A stretch of 64,000 nt of DNA from Mycoavidus cysteinexigens (GCA_031963045.1 JASSUK010000042.1:1030-65029); one strand, 5' to 3'. Shown: positions 27,776 to 38,182, counted from the stretch's first letter. Notes: generated by a model from the sequence alone, not told the origin. Made by a program: numbers and translations.

Positions 27776-28220
27776 AAACGAGCGAGTCAGCGTGCATTTG
27801 AAATGGTTTAACCTAAATAGAGATATTCCTTTGCCAGAGGGGCGGTTGATAATTGTCTATCATGGCTTCTACCCAATTGACGATGTGGCTCGGCGTAGGC
27901 CAACCATTGGAGCCACAAATCGTGAGTTCCATCATTTGGCCATGGGCATTCTGACTGCTGAGACAACCAACCCCGACATAGACAATCCTATTCGTCGGTC
28001 GACTTATATGTTCTCTTGTGCAGGTCCAGACCGAGTTCACATGATGCCGATCAACCATCCCTTCTTATCCAAGCTGAACGATCACGGCCAACCCGACCCT
28101 AACGGATCGCATATCGTTCTGTTCTCGATTATTGGGAGTCCGGCAAGCTGGAAATACAGGGACGACCGACGGAATCAAGGGGATTGTATGTTTCTTTTGC
28201 GGCTGCGGGGTACAGGATGA
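27747..28220 (+). CDS. hypothetical protein (157 aa) overlapping the 3' end of the NACHT-WD40 gene
   Basis: The ATG at 27747 lies 29 nt inside the preceding ORF. No recognisable motif. Overlapping alternative frames downstream suggest possible decay. Confidence 0.4.
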   Translation: MDRLISISLENERVSVHLKWFNLNRDIPLPEGRLIIVYHGFYPIDDVARRRPTIGATNREFHHLAMGILTAETTNPDIDNPIRRSTYMFSCAGPDRVHMMPINHPFLSKLNDHGQPDPNGSHIVLFSIIGSPASWKYRDDRRNQGDCMFLLRLRGTG

Positions 28221-28394
28221 CGATCAGCCCCAGCAGCACTCGATATACGCCCCTCCGCCGAGCGATAACAGTTATACCCAGTCGTCAACCACTAGTTTGG
28301 CTCCATCAGTGGTCAGTCAAGCATCGGGTGGTTCCGTGCCGGCGCATACCGCCTCCGCCAAATACATTGCACAGAGTGACACAATCTTTCCCAG

Positions 28395-28428
28395 AACCCG
28401 AACAGCTATAAGGCTTTTCGGGTTTTTT
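28395..28428 (+). terminator. Rho-independent terminator-like hairpin plus T-run
   Basis: AACCCGAA...TTCGGGTT followed by TTTT. It is a near-copy of the hairpin downstream of tRNA-Arg. Confidence 0.6.
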
Positions 28429-29111
28429 ATTGCCCAAAGTACCTCTACCTCAATCAGTAAAGCGCATAGAAAAACGGATACGTTCGAAAAACAAAAAGCT
28501 TGGAAAGAATGCAGCAAGACCAGGTGCAATTTGAAATAGCCGTCAATCAAGGGAAGCAATCGATAGCCACCTATTTACAGCAACACGCACACAAAGTAGA
28601 TCATGCTGCCCGCATATAGGCGATTCAAGAGCATTTTGCACAACCTGCCAATGTGCAGTTTACAAACCTATCAGCCAACACAGTGGGAGCATGCCATAAG
28701 TGGATGTATGAACAGATCCGCACTGCTCCTGCGCCCCGCAGCATGCCAATGCCTCTGCGCAGTAGCCCCGCAGCGCTGTGGCAACCTGGTATCTCCACAC
28801 AAATCGCGCCTGCAGATCGGTTAGCGCAGCGTATGGAGGCAATGGGGTTGTAACAAGATTTACTTTTGCTATGCAGCAGACAGCTCATTTTTAAGCTTTG
28901 ATTGAAGTAGTGCTTTTCTGTGTCTTTGTCTTCTTGCAATGGCTCTTTGAGGGGAGTTTTTTAAAAGGTTAAGAGATATGCATAATGCTCCATTTCATCT
29001 TGCGATCGTAGGATCTACACGAAAAAATAGGAGCGTGGAGGTTATATGGACTTCCTTTATTACCTTTAGTGCGTTTCTATTTTTAATAAGTCGAAATAAT
29101 CTATTTTATGC

Positions 29112-30578
29112 CTACCTATTTTTTAATATTTTGTCAACGCCATCTATATATTTTCTTATGCTTTCTTGTTGCATAGGGCTATCACCGCTTGCAAAGTAGC
29201 TAAGGAATTCGTTTTTATATCTCTTTTCATTTCTCCAATGAAAAATATAAAATGCTATTACTTTTTCTTTTCTTTCTTTGGCAGCCTCTATATATTCTAT
29301 AGAGGTATTTATTTTGTTTTTGCAGTTTTTAAAAGATTCTTTTAAATATTTTTTCAAGTCAACTATGTCTTTTGGAATTTTTTCGGTGTCGAGCATGCCT
29401 GTAAAATGTTGACTTATGATTGAATTTTGCATGTCTTTTGTTTTTTTAAAACGTGTCTGATTTTTTTGTTTTTCTTTCAATTTTTTAGTCAAATCCTTAC
29501 AAGGTTTAATGCCATCTAATGGTTGATTTTTTAACATTGTGTCAAGTCCACTTGTATATCTTTTTATGCTTTCTTCCTTTATAGGGCTATCATCACTTGC
29601 AAAGCAGCTAATGAATTTTTTGTTATATCCCTTTTGATTTCTCCAATGAAAAATATAAAACGCCATTATTTTTTCTCCATTTTCTTTTGTGGCTTTTATA
29701 TATTCCTGAGAGGCAGTGTTTTTACTTGTAAATTTTTCCAAAGATTCTTTTAATGACTTTTTCAAGTCATCTATATTTTTTTGTATTTTTGCGGCATCTA
29801 GTGTGCCTGTATAATATTGATATATGATTGAATTTTGCATGCTTTTTATTTTTTTTAAACGTGTCTGATTTTGTTGCCTTTCTTTATCTTTTTTAATCAA
29901 ATGCCGAGGAGTTTTAATGACATTTAAGGAGTGGTTAAAAAGATAGTGATTCTCTTCACGCGAATGAGTATTTGCATTAAAATCATGTCCTGCTATAGGA
30001 GTGTACTGTAAAGCATTTTGACCTATTTCATCATGCAAATTGGTAGATACATCATGTATTTCTATATTTTTCTGACGATCAGGAGTAGTTTGAAAAATCA
30101 AGCTATTTTCTAGATTATGACCTGATGGCATTAATGGAGTATCTGTGTATCCTGCATCAAAGGGATATCCACTATATTGAAAAGGTTGACTTATCTCTAA
30201 TTGAAATGGAAGTTGAGGAGGCGTAGAAACTTCTGCTGGAATAAAAGTATCGCCAACATCCGGAAAAAGGTTAAATAAATCTGGATAATCTTTATCTATA
30301 TCAAACTGTGTTGGCCCTAATGGGTTGGCACTCGATTCATTAGAAATATCATCATGCGAAGGGGATCCTAATTTTTGCCGTTTTCTATTAGGATTTTTAT
30401 TAAGGCTATCATTCCCTCGCTTATTGCTTGAAGATAGGGCCGCTGGCAATGGAGTAAGTCCGTTAAACGGAACACTTGTCCCTTGACTATGCTGTGGGGG
30501 AGATGGAATACTTTCTCCAGGATAAGGAAACTGCTGCATATTCCATTCTTGGGAAACATACACTATGGACTTAACCAT
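29112..30578 (-). CDS. hypothetical protein (up to 488 aa) with a P/S-rich N-terminus, an NLS-like basic patch and two about 125-aa tandem repeats; effector candidate
   Basis: NPNRKRQKLGSP patch. Repeat 1 (...KERQQNQTRLKKIKSMQNSIIYQYYTG...AFYIFHWRNQKGYNKKFISCFASDDSP) and repeat 2 (...KEKQKNQTRFKKTKDMQNSIISQHFTG...AFYIFHWRNEKRYKNEFLSYFASGDSP). Start uncertain (MQQFPYPG is an alternative). Confidence 0.7.
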   Translation of the reverse strand: MVKSIVYVSQEWNMQQFPYPGESIPSPPQHSQGTSVPFNGLTPLPAALSSSNKRGNDSLNKNPNRKRQKLGSPSHDDISNESSANPLGPTQFDIDKDYPDLFNLFPDVGDTFIPAEVSTPPQLPFQLEISQPFQYSGYPFDAGYTDTPLMPSGHNLENSLIFQTTPDRQKNIEIHDVSTNLHDEIGQNALQYTPIAGHDFNANTHSREENHYLFNHSLNVIKTPRHLIKKDKERQQNQTRLKKIKSMQNSIIYQYYTGTLDAAKIQKNIDDLKKSLKESLEKFTSKNTASQEYIKATKENGEKIMAFYIFHWRNQKGYNKKFISCFASDDSPIKEESIKRYTSGLDTMLKNQPLDGIKPCKDLTKKLKEKQKNQTRFKKTKDMQNSIISQHFTGMLDTEKIPKDIVDLKKYLKESFKNCKNKINTSIEYIEAAKERKEKVIAFYIFHWRNEKRYKNEFLSYFASGDSPMQQESIRKYIDGVDKILKNR

Positions 30579-32458
30579 GATGCGCGCGCTCTATAAATAT
30601 GTATATTGTTTAATAGGTGTAATGTTTTACAGTCAACCTGTATGTACCTCCTATTAAATACGATGGCGTGCGCTATCCTCACACCTTTTGCGTAATATCC
30701 TGCTATAAAACGAAACACGCCCTCTACTGTAGAGCACTGCCCTTCTGTTTTGCTTTTGTCTACCGTATACAAAATAATTAAAATTTCTATAAAAATACCC
30801 CAGTAATTGAAATAGCGCGCGCACTTCCTTTTGCAAAGAATCTTTTACTTCCCAACCAGTAGACTGAATCGCTGAAAGTTGAGCATCGTGTGCGGCAGCT
30901 AGTGGGTAAAAAGCAAAGATTACCCACCGCAATACGTCCCTGTTATCGCCGGGGTCGCGTCCGGTAGCGCTTTTCCTCACACACTATTCATAAAAATAGA
31001 TTGCAATGGAGTTTTACTCTTGCAAATGCTGTGAGCATTCGTTTTCCCGTGCGGGGTCGGTGTGGAAAGTAGGCCGTTTATGACGTGCAGGATTTTTTCT
31101 CTTGGCAGCTAAAACGGTCATGATGCTTTTTCCACTGGACCTTTTATATGCCCATCTCTGCACATGATTTCTGCGAACTCACCAAAGTCTCGCTCGACGA
31201 CTATTTACGCAATATCCCCATTGATTAAATCGGTATGGAGCGCCCGCTCCTTAAACGCTGCCTTTCTAAACGCAAACTCTTCTTTGGTGCACGCCAACAT
31301 ATTGTGGAGAACGTGCGTAAAGACTATGGGAGCCATTTTGCGTTGGCCTATGGCGAAACGCCGGTCGAATTTAATAAGCGCCATACGACGGAGCAAGTCC
31401 AAGTTCCGTGGCGATGCGCCGTAGATGGATTGTATTTGGATTACGACCGTCTCTTTGGTGATTGACGTACGCGAAGGCAATTTACTGTATGCAATCGCCT
31501 CTGCCAAAGCACATTACAGGCATGCCGATGCCGTTATAGCTGGTAAAGCGTTTGATGCATTACTGCGAGAATATCAAAGCCGACAACATGGGCAACGGCG
31601 CTATTTTATAAGTGAGTGTGGCTATGCCGACCATCACGTTTTATCGCTTTGATTTAGGGATTGATTGGCGTAAAGGCGAATCGGTATCGGATGCCAATCG
31701 TTTACCTGAAATGTGCAATGAGTATGTAACCACAGTCCTGGCTGCACAAAAGCGCCCTGGTCTGGTCAGAGTGGCGATTTTAGAGTCAGGAACCAGCGGC
31801 CTTTTTGCGGCAGGTGGAAAACTGCATATGTTTTATGGGGAAGGACAGATTACGCATACAGATACACGCTTTGTAGCGCACAAGGTGACGCGCCCAAAAG
31901 GATAGCAAGCTTATTAGCACCGAGCTGTACTGGGCGCGCCTTTGCATTGCGATTTACCCACAAGGATAACCAACCCTTTAGGCTAGATGCGGTGACTGTG
32001 GCCTATTATCACTCTCTAAATTTTCATTGTACATTTCCAAATTTTCTGGCAAATCAATGCCTCTCAAATAAAAAACATTTAACTGTAATTATTTTTGTAT
32101 TAATGAAAAATATTAAATACTAATTAATATAAAGACAACAGAGTTTTTATGCAGCTACGATTTTTAATTTTTCCTGGCTCATTGAATATGCACTTTGCGC
32201 GCTTAGTACCGCTGTTTGAGCAGGTAGTGCGGAAAGCTGTGCACGGAGAATTTAGTATCGAAGACTTGTATCTCTTGGCACAGCAGGATCGCATCATACT
32301 AAGAATGGTTGAGCAAGACGCTCAAGTGCAATTTGTATTCGCTTTTGAATTTATTGCGTATCTGCGATTTACTGCCATCAATATTTTGGCGCTGGCCGGG
32401 CGAGGGTTAGGAGTGTAGTATGCATTTTTCCTTTCTGAAGTATTTTATCAGCTGATTA

Positions 32459-32821
32459 TTAAATTTGATGATTTTGAATAGAATAATAATTTTCTATAAA
32501 ATCGGCATACATGCCTAAAATCACAGCCAATACCAAAAGAACGAAGGTAGAAGTTCCCATAAGTTGACCTAGAGATATGCAAGTAATTAATCCTAAGCAG
32601 AAAAGTAATATCGTTACTACATTTTCTAGCGTATCGGCCTGCCTAACTTTAGGGTGTCGCTCAGAGGTAATAGGGTTCTGGCAAACATTTTTATTTTCAA
32701 GAGAAGGATCATCGTTTACTGTGCTGCCATCTCCTTTTTTAATTTCTTCTGCTTCATGGTGAGTATGAAGTAAGGCGTTGGCAAAAGTAGGTTGCGCCTG
32801 TATAGAACCTGCAGAATTCAT
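32459..32821 (-). CDS. small membrane protein (120 aa) with a bilobed hydrophobic hairpin
   Basis: VVTILLFCLGLITCISLG-QLMGTS-TFVLLVLAVILGMYA. Confidence 0.5.
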   Translation of the reverse strand: MNSAGSIQAQPTFANALLHTHHEAEEIKKGDGSTVNDDPSLENKNVCQNPITSERHPKVRQADTLENVVTILLFCLGLITCISLGQLMGTSTFVLLVLAVILGMYADFIENYYSIQNHQI

Positions 32822-32947
32822 GCTTATTCCCCATAGATACTAGGCAGCAGCAAAGAATGAATGATAAAAACGTGGATACATCGTATTAAATAACGGCCCT
32901 TTTATAATTCTAAGGGCCACTTTATAAGGTATATTTTAAATAGCTAA

Positions 32948-34513
32948 CTAGGCTATAAGGGCTTGAATAGCAGCTTTTTGTCTTGCATTCTCTATTTCAA
33001 GATTTCTAGCATGTTCTACTAAAGCCTTAATCCTCGCATTTTTTTCTGCTTTTCTTTGCGCTCTTGCTTGTTTGAGTCGCGCTTTTTCTTCTACTGTTAG
33101 CACTTCATCAGACTCTGATTCTGAATCAGAAGAAAGGAGTTCCTCAATATTAGGTTCTTTAAAAATAGTAGGTTCAGCCTTTCCTTTACCTTTAAGCGTA
33201 GATGAAGCATGGTGTTGAAAAACGGGGCTATCTTCCTCTTCTATTTCAGGACTAGGGAACCGCCCAATAATGGGTGAGGCAGAAGCACTCGAGGAATTTG
33301 AAGTTAATGAACTGAATGAGGTTTTACGTACTCTTGGTTGGTAATTGACAAGCGTTTTCGTTGATTCTTGTCCTTCCCCAGAGAGCGTAATGGCTGGTCG
33401 CGTTGCGGAGCCCTGTGCTAAAAGCAGCTGCTGTTCAAGAGGGAGAAGGTATTTTGGGTCGACAACCTGAATTACGTTTTGGACGTAAGTATTATGGGTG
33501 ATGGCAGGTGGAGCGTTATCAATTTTTTGCTCTAAGCGCTGATTCTGATTTTCAAGGCGAACAAGGGTACCTTTAATATCCGTAGTATCTTGTTTAATCT
33601 GAAAAATAGCGCTGATCATGTCGTTTAGTATTTTCATATAGGAGCCTATTACTTCCCGTCGAAGTATAAGCACGTCATTATTTTTGGCATGACGTTTATC
33701 TGAGCTTATAAAGTTAACAAATCTAATTACTGCCATCGCAATAGAAACCACAATGGACACGCAACATATAAACAATGGTAGTTGCAGACCAATCCCCACC
33801 GCCGTTACAACGCCTGCAATAGTGCAAATCACCGTTTCTGTTCGAGGAATGGAAAGGAAATATTTTACCAGAGAGGTCGTATGTGAGTCCTCTTCTTGCT
33901 CTATGGCAGATAGTTTTTGGTCCAGGGCCTGCACCTGTTGAATTAAACCCATTGATGCAAGCTCAGTACCCGTTTCCTGCATTTCTATTGAAATGGGCAG
34001 CTCTTTTTGGTTTTCTTCAGGCGCACTATCGAGCAATGCATAAATCTTCTGCTGCTCTGCATAAATAGCTTGTAATTCTTCCTGAATGCGTGGGTATTCG
34101 TGCTCTTGCTCTTCGGGTGCTAACGCATTAAAACCGGTATGTAATTCATTAGCTTTTTCAGAAAGTGCTTCTAGCGTCTCAGAAAGCTGAAGCCCATAAA
34201 GTATTAGAGACCCCATCTGAAGTAAGAAAGAATCCTCTTTGTCTTTCTCTGCGTCAGAAAGCAATCTATTCTTATACCATCGCGCGAGGCACGCAACGGA
34301 ATCCGTTGAAGTGCGATTATGGAATAGTTTACTTAACGGAGCACGCTTACTGGTAAGTATTTTTTGTTTCTGAACAGCGCTCTTCGAACCTTCAGAACGG
34401 TTTCTAAAAAGCTGACCTGCATCAAAAATCGTAGGACTGAGCGATATAAGCATAAGGAAACTACCTTTGCATCTAGATATTAGACTTATCCGAGCTTTTG
34501 ATAGTGATGACAT
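32948..34513 (-). CDS. coiled-coil membrane protein (521 aa) with a central bilobed hydrophobic hairpin; Inc-like effector candidate
   Basis: VICTIAGVVTAVGIGL-QLP-LFICCVSIVVSIAMAVIRFV is flanked by long helical/coiled-coil stretches. Acidic/Ser-rich and K-rich C-terminus. Confidence 0.7.
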   Translation of the reverse strand: MSSLSKARISLISRCKGSFLMLISLSPTIFDAGQLFRNRSEGSKSAVQKQKILTSKRAPLSKLFHNRTSTDSVACLARWYKNRLLSDAEKDKEDSFLLQMGSLILYGLQLSETLEALSEKANELHTGFNALAPEEQEHEYPRIQEELQAIYAEQQKIYALLDSAPEENQKELPISIEMQETGTELASMGLIQQVQALDQKLSAIEQEEDSHTTSLVKYFLSIPRTETVICTIAGVVTAVGIGLQLPLFICCVSIVVSIAMAVIRFVNFISSDKRHAKNNDVLILRREVIGSYMKILNDMISAIFQIKQDTTDIKGTLVRLENQNQRLEQKIDNAPPAITHNTYVQNVIQVVDPKYLLPLEQQLLLAQGSATRPAITLSGEGQESTKTLVNYQPRVRKTSFSSLTSNSSSASASPIIGRFPSPEIEEEDSPVFQHHASSTLKGKGKAEPTIFKEPNIEELLSSDSESESDEVLTVEEKARLKQARAQRKAEKNARIKALVEHARNLEIENARQKAAIQALIA

Positions 34514-35107
34514 TTATGCAGAAAATATAGAGGGCTAGGCCGTATATGTGAGTTCTACCAATGCTGTATTTATGGAGCAGTCATCCATCTAAAATAGAAC
34601 CCTTCTTATTTTAGCGATGCAAAAAAATACCCCACTAAACCACAGTGAGGCAGAAATCTCCTCCAGCAATGAAGAAGTGATAGTTGTTCTTCGAACTCTC
34701 GATAGCCGCGCAATAATGCTCCCCAGAAGTAGTCAAGCCATGGTTTGATGTCATGCTGCCCTTGGTGCTGCTAATGGTATCGTTGTTGGTCGCCTTCCAG
34801 CGTCTGCCTGGCTGCGGCATATAGCGATATAGCAAGGTATGCGTCCCGTTGGCGATATTTCGAGGGAAAGAGCGATATCTTCGGAGCTAGAGTGGGGCAG
34901 TGCAGAAATAGTCGACATCGGATTCATTCGTCATGCTGGGGAATTTGGAAAGGTATAATGTACTATTAACTTGTCTGAAGTGATGGGTGGAAATCTAAAA
35001 GCCTGCATAACTATCCTGTTCTGCGGGCTTTTTGTCGCAAAAATGAAGCAGCGCGCGTTATAGGGCGCAATGTTCCTCGCAAGGGAACGCACTTTTTATA
35101 AAAAAGG

Positions 35108-35671
35108 ATGAGCACTACCATGAATTTTAATGATCTACCTGCAGGCAATGCTTTGCCCAATGAGTTTAATGTGGTGATTGAGATCCCAGCCAACAGTGAT
35201 CCAGTGAAATATGAAGCGGATAAAGAATTGGGGATGTTGGTGGTAGATCGCTTTATTTCAACGGGTATGCGTTATCCGGCAAATTATGGTTTTATTCCTC
35301 AAACGCTGTCGGGTGATGGAGATCCGGTTGATGTGTTGGTGATTACGCCTTTCCCGCTCCTCGCTGGTTCATTGGTGCGTGCCCGTGCATTGGGAATGCT
35401 TAAAATGACAGATGAATCCGGTATCGATGCGAAATTGGTTGCCGTACCTCTGGATAAAGTGTGTCCTATGACTGCTTCTTTGCGATCCATAGACGATGTG
35501 CCTATGCATTTGAAGGCGCAAATTCAGCACTTTTTTGAAAATTACAAAGCGCTGGAAAAGGGTAAGTGGGTGAAAGTTGAAGGTTGGCAGGCGGCTGATG
35601 CGGCCCATCAAGAAATTATGGAAGGGGTGCAGAGTTACCAAGAAGCCAAAGCTTTAGCCGTGCAGAGTTAA
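35108..35671 (+). CDS. ppa: inorganic pyrophosphatase (family I)
   Basis: [25 protein letters not shown]...[23 protein letters not shown]...DAKLVAV carries the family I PPase signature (DGDPxD). Confidence 0.95.
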   Translation: MSTTMNFNDLPAGNALPNEFNVVIEIPANSDPVKYEADKELGMLVVDRFISTGMRYPANYGFIPQTLSGDGDPVDVLVITPFPLLAGSLVRARALGMLKMTDESGIDAKLVAVPLDKVCPMTASLRSIDDVPMHLKAQIQHFFENYKALEKGKWVKVEGWQAADAAHQEIMEGVQSYQEAKALAVQS

Positions 35672-35706
35672 TTTTTCTGCCTTGTGTTTTTTCTGTTGGA
35701 GTTGGT

Positions 35707-37470
35707 ATGGTCCTTCGTATAGCGTTAGCGCAGATGAACCCGGTGTTGGGCGATTTTGCAGGTAATAGTGACAAAATTGTTGAAGCTGCGCGCATAGCGC
35801 ATGAAAAAGGCGCGCATTTGCTGCTTACACCCGAGCTGGCGCTTACGGGCTTTCCTCCAGAAGATCTTTTATTGCGTCCTGATTTTAATCAGCAGAGCGC
35901 TACTGCCTTGGAATTACTCGCACAGCGCCTAAAAATATTTGAAGGCTTGCAAGTTATAGTGGGGCATCCGCATTGCATAGGGCACCACAGCTCAGAAGAC
36001 GCTATCCCAAGGCCCTTAGAAAACCCACCCATCGATCTGTTTAATTCCGCTTCGCAGTTGATAGCGGGGCGCATTGCAGGGCGGTATGACAAAAGAATGC
36101 TGCCGACTACGCAAGTATTTGATGAGTACCGTTATTTTGTGCCCGGACATGCGCCTTTTCTATTTGACATACAAGGGGTGCGGTGCGCACTATTGATTTG
36201 TGAAGATGCATGGACTCCTACCCCTATGCTAGAAGCTCGCGCCCAGGGAGCTCAGCTTATGCTGGTACTCAATGGATCGCCTTGGCATGAAGGAAAAATG
36301 GCTTTTCGCCTTCAGAGAATGCGCGCCATGTTGGAGCAGGCGAGCGCTTGCGAGGGTCCACTTGGATTGATTTACCTCAATCTAGTAGGAGGGCAAGATG
36401 AATTGGTTTTTGATGGGGGATCTTTTGCGCTGGATGCCCATGGTGCATGCACTATGCAATTGCCGCAGTTTGAAGAGGCAATAGGGTGGGTCGAGTGTGA
36501 AATGCAGGCCCCTTTTGCAGACCAAGCGCCTGACGTACCGCGCTTGGATCTACGTGGTACATGCAGTGTACTGGAGAGCGACACAGCGCAACTCTACCAA
36601 GCGCTAGTAGTGGGGGTGCGCGACTACATGCATAAAAGTGGGTTTAAAGATGCACTCATTGGCCTATCAGGTGGAGTCGATTCCGCACTGACCTTGGCGA
36701 TTGCATGCGATGCGCTGGGTGCAAAGCATGTGCATGCTGTGATGATGCCTTCTCAATATACTGCGCAAATATCGCTAGATGATGCGCGCACTTTAGCGCA
36801 AAACTTAGGCGTGCAGTATACGGAGCTCCCCGTGACATCCGTTTTTGATGCATGCCGCGCTACGCTATCTCCGGCATTGGCTCAGGCTTGGGTTGAGGTG
36901 AACGCCAGCGGGGTAACTGAAGAAAATCTTCAAGCCCGTATTCGTGGAGTGTTTCTTATGGCGCTGGCTAATCAGTCTGGCGCGTTGGTACTTACTACGG
37001 GCAATAAAAGTGAAATGGCGGTTGGGTATTGCACCCTTTATGGCGATATGGCCGGTGGGTTTGCCGTGCTTAAAGATGTATTTAAAACATCCGTCTATGC
37101 GCTATGTCATTATCGTAATGCGGTAGAGCAAGAAAAAAAGCAGCCTACGATAACTACAGACACTCCTTTGATTCCACTACGGATTTTAACGCGCGCTCCC
37201 TCTGCTGAGCTGCGTGATAACCAGACCGATCAAGATAGTTTGCCTGCCTATGCAACGCTGGACGCTATCGTTAAGCTTGTGATGGAAGAGCATGCCGGTA
37301 AAAAAGAGCTCCTTGCGGCAGGCTATACCATGGAGGATATTGATCGAGTGCTCTCCTTACTTTGGCGTAGCGAATATAAACGTTACCAGGCTCCGCCGGG
37401 CACGCGTGTGACACGCAGGGGGTTTGGGCGGGACTGGCGTTATCCTTTGAGTTGGGTGGTGCAAGAGTGA
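35707..37470 (+). CDS. nadE: glutamine-dependent NAD+ synthetase (CN-hydrolase domain plus NAD synthase domain)
   Basis: N-terminal nitrilase-like domain (IALAQMNP...LLLTPELALTGFPPEDL...ICEDAW). C-terminal PP-loop GLSGGVDSAL and TGNKSEMAVGYCTLYGDMAGG. Confidence 0.95.
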   Translation: MVLRIALAQMNPVLGDFAGNSDKIVEAARIAHEKGAHLLLTPELALTGFPPEDLLLRPDFNQQSATALELLAQRLKIFEGLQVIVGHPHCIGHHSSEDAIPRPLENPPIDLFNSASQLIAGRIAGRYDKRMLPTTQVFDEYRYFVPGHAPFLFDIQGVRCALLICEDAWTPTPMLEARAQGAQLMLVLNGSPWHEGKMAFRLQRMRAMLEQASACEGPLGLIYLNLVGGQDELVFDGGSFALDAHGACTMQLPQFEEAIGWVECEMQAPFADQAPDVPRLDLRGTCSVLESDTAQLYQALVVGVRDYMHKSGFKDALIGLSGGVDSALTLAIACDALGAKHVHAVMMPSQYTAQISLDDARTLAQNLGVQYTELPVTSVFDACRATLSPALAQAWVEVNASGVTEENLQARIRGVFLMALANQSGALVLTTGNKSEMAVGYCTLYGDMAGGFAVLKDVFKTSVYALCHYRNAVEQEKKQPTITTDTPLIPLRILTRAPSAELRDNQTDQDSLPAYATLDAIVKLVMEEHAGKKELLAAGYTMEDIDRVLSLLWRSEYKRYQAPPGTRVTRRGFGRDWRYPLSWVVQE

Positions 37471-37528
37471 GGGTGAAGATTTCTAATCTTGTATTTTTAA
37501 ACTTCAAGTTATATAAAATTTGCTCTCT

Positions 37529-37783
37529 TTATCTAGTGAGGGATTGTATATTCTGTCCACCTTTATCGACTAGCTGATGTTCACTTTGTTCAATAGCGAG
37601 TTCAACGGCTGCTTTCGAGGCTTCTTCCATCATGACCTTAGCTTCGTTTACTGCACCATCGAACATTCCACCACCACCACTACTATTACCACTACCACTA
37701 TTACTTCCTCCATTATTTTTATTATCAGAAGCATGAAATTTATTAAAATATTGCCTTTCTGGAAGGCTAGTGCTGTCACCCAT
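37529..37783 (-). CDS. small Gly/Ser-rich protein, paralog 1 (84 aa); putative T3SS pilus subunit or harpin-like secreted protein
   Basis: MGDSTSLPERQYFNKFHASDNKNNGGSNSGSGNSSGGGG-MFDGAVNEAKVMMEEASKAAVELAIEQSEHQLVDKGGQNIQSLTR. It sits in the hrpE-equivalent position of the Hrp2-like cluster. No Cys. Confidence 0.6.
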   Translation of the reverse strand: MGDSTSLPERQYFNKFHASDNKNNGGSNSGSGNSSGGGGMFDGAVNEAKVMMEEASKAAVELAIEQSEHQLVDKGGQNIQSLTR

Positions 37784-37939
37784 GGTTTTATCCAGTTTTT
37801 TTAAAAAACTTCGCTTTGGATTTGCATTTTGTGATAGGTTTTTCGCCGCTACATGCTAAAGAATATTATACAATTTTTGATTAGGAACCAAGAAGACCGA
37901 TATGTATAGTCTTCTTGGTTATGAAAATTTACTCTCATT

Positions 37940-38182
37940 TTATCGAGTGAGGGATTGCGTGTTTTCCCCACCTTTATTTGCTATCTGAAATTTACTTTGT
38001 GCAATGGCAAGTTCAACCGCTGCTTTTGACGCCGCTTCCATCATGGCCTTAGCTTCGTTTACTGCACCATCGAACATTCCACTACCACCACCACCACCAC
38101 TACTTCCTCCATTATCTTTATTATCAGAAGCATGAAATTTATTAAAATACGCTCTGTCTTGAAGGCTAGTGCCGTCACTCAT
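37940..38182 (-). CDS. small Gly-rich protein, paralog 2 (80 aa); putative pilus subunit or harpin-like
   Basis: MSDGTSLQDRAYFNKFHASDNKDNGGSSGGGGGSG-MFDGAVNEAKAMMEAASKAAVELAIAQSKFQIANKGGENTQSLTR. Conserved upstream TGGACAAAATCATG. Confidence 0.6.
   Translation of the reverse strand: MSDGTSLQDRAYFNKFHASDNKDNGGSSGGGGGSGMFDGAVNEAKAMMEAASKAAVELAIAQSKFQIANKGGENTQSLTR

Noticed and set aside
27838-28365. Possible tmRNA or intact tRNA: GGGGCGG... at 27841 and ...CCGCCTCCGCCA at about 28354
   Set aside because: The putative acceptor strands do not pair in register (a C-C clash at position 5). There is no T-arm with a 7-nt loop and no tag-reading-frame features. At most this is a decayed tRNA 3' fragment (see the finding at 28366).
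28560-28940. Overlapping 60-104-aa ORFs on both strands in a GC-richer patch
   Set aside because: The ORFs are mutually exclusive, lack RBSs and show no recognisable motif. Left unresolved, so no feature was called.
31100-32420. A run of 75-100-aa ORFs in shifting frames (for example 31612-31905 and 32149-32418), possibly prophage-derived
   Set aside because: No motif I can assign, and the frames are interrupted. This may be a decayed phage or cargo region, but I cannot support individual gene calls.
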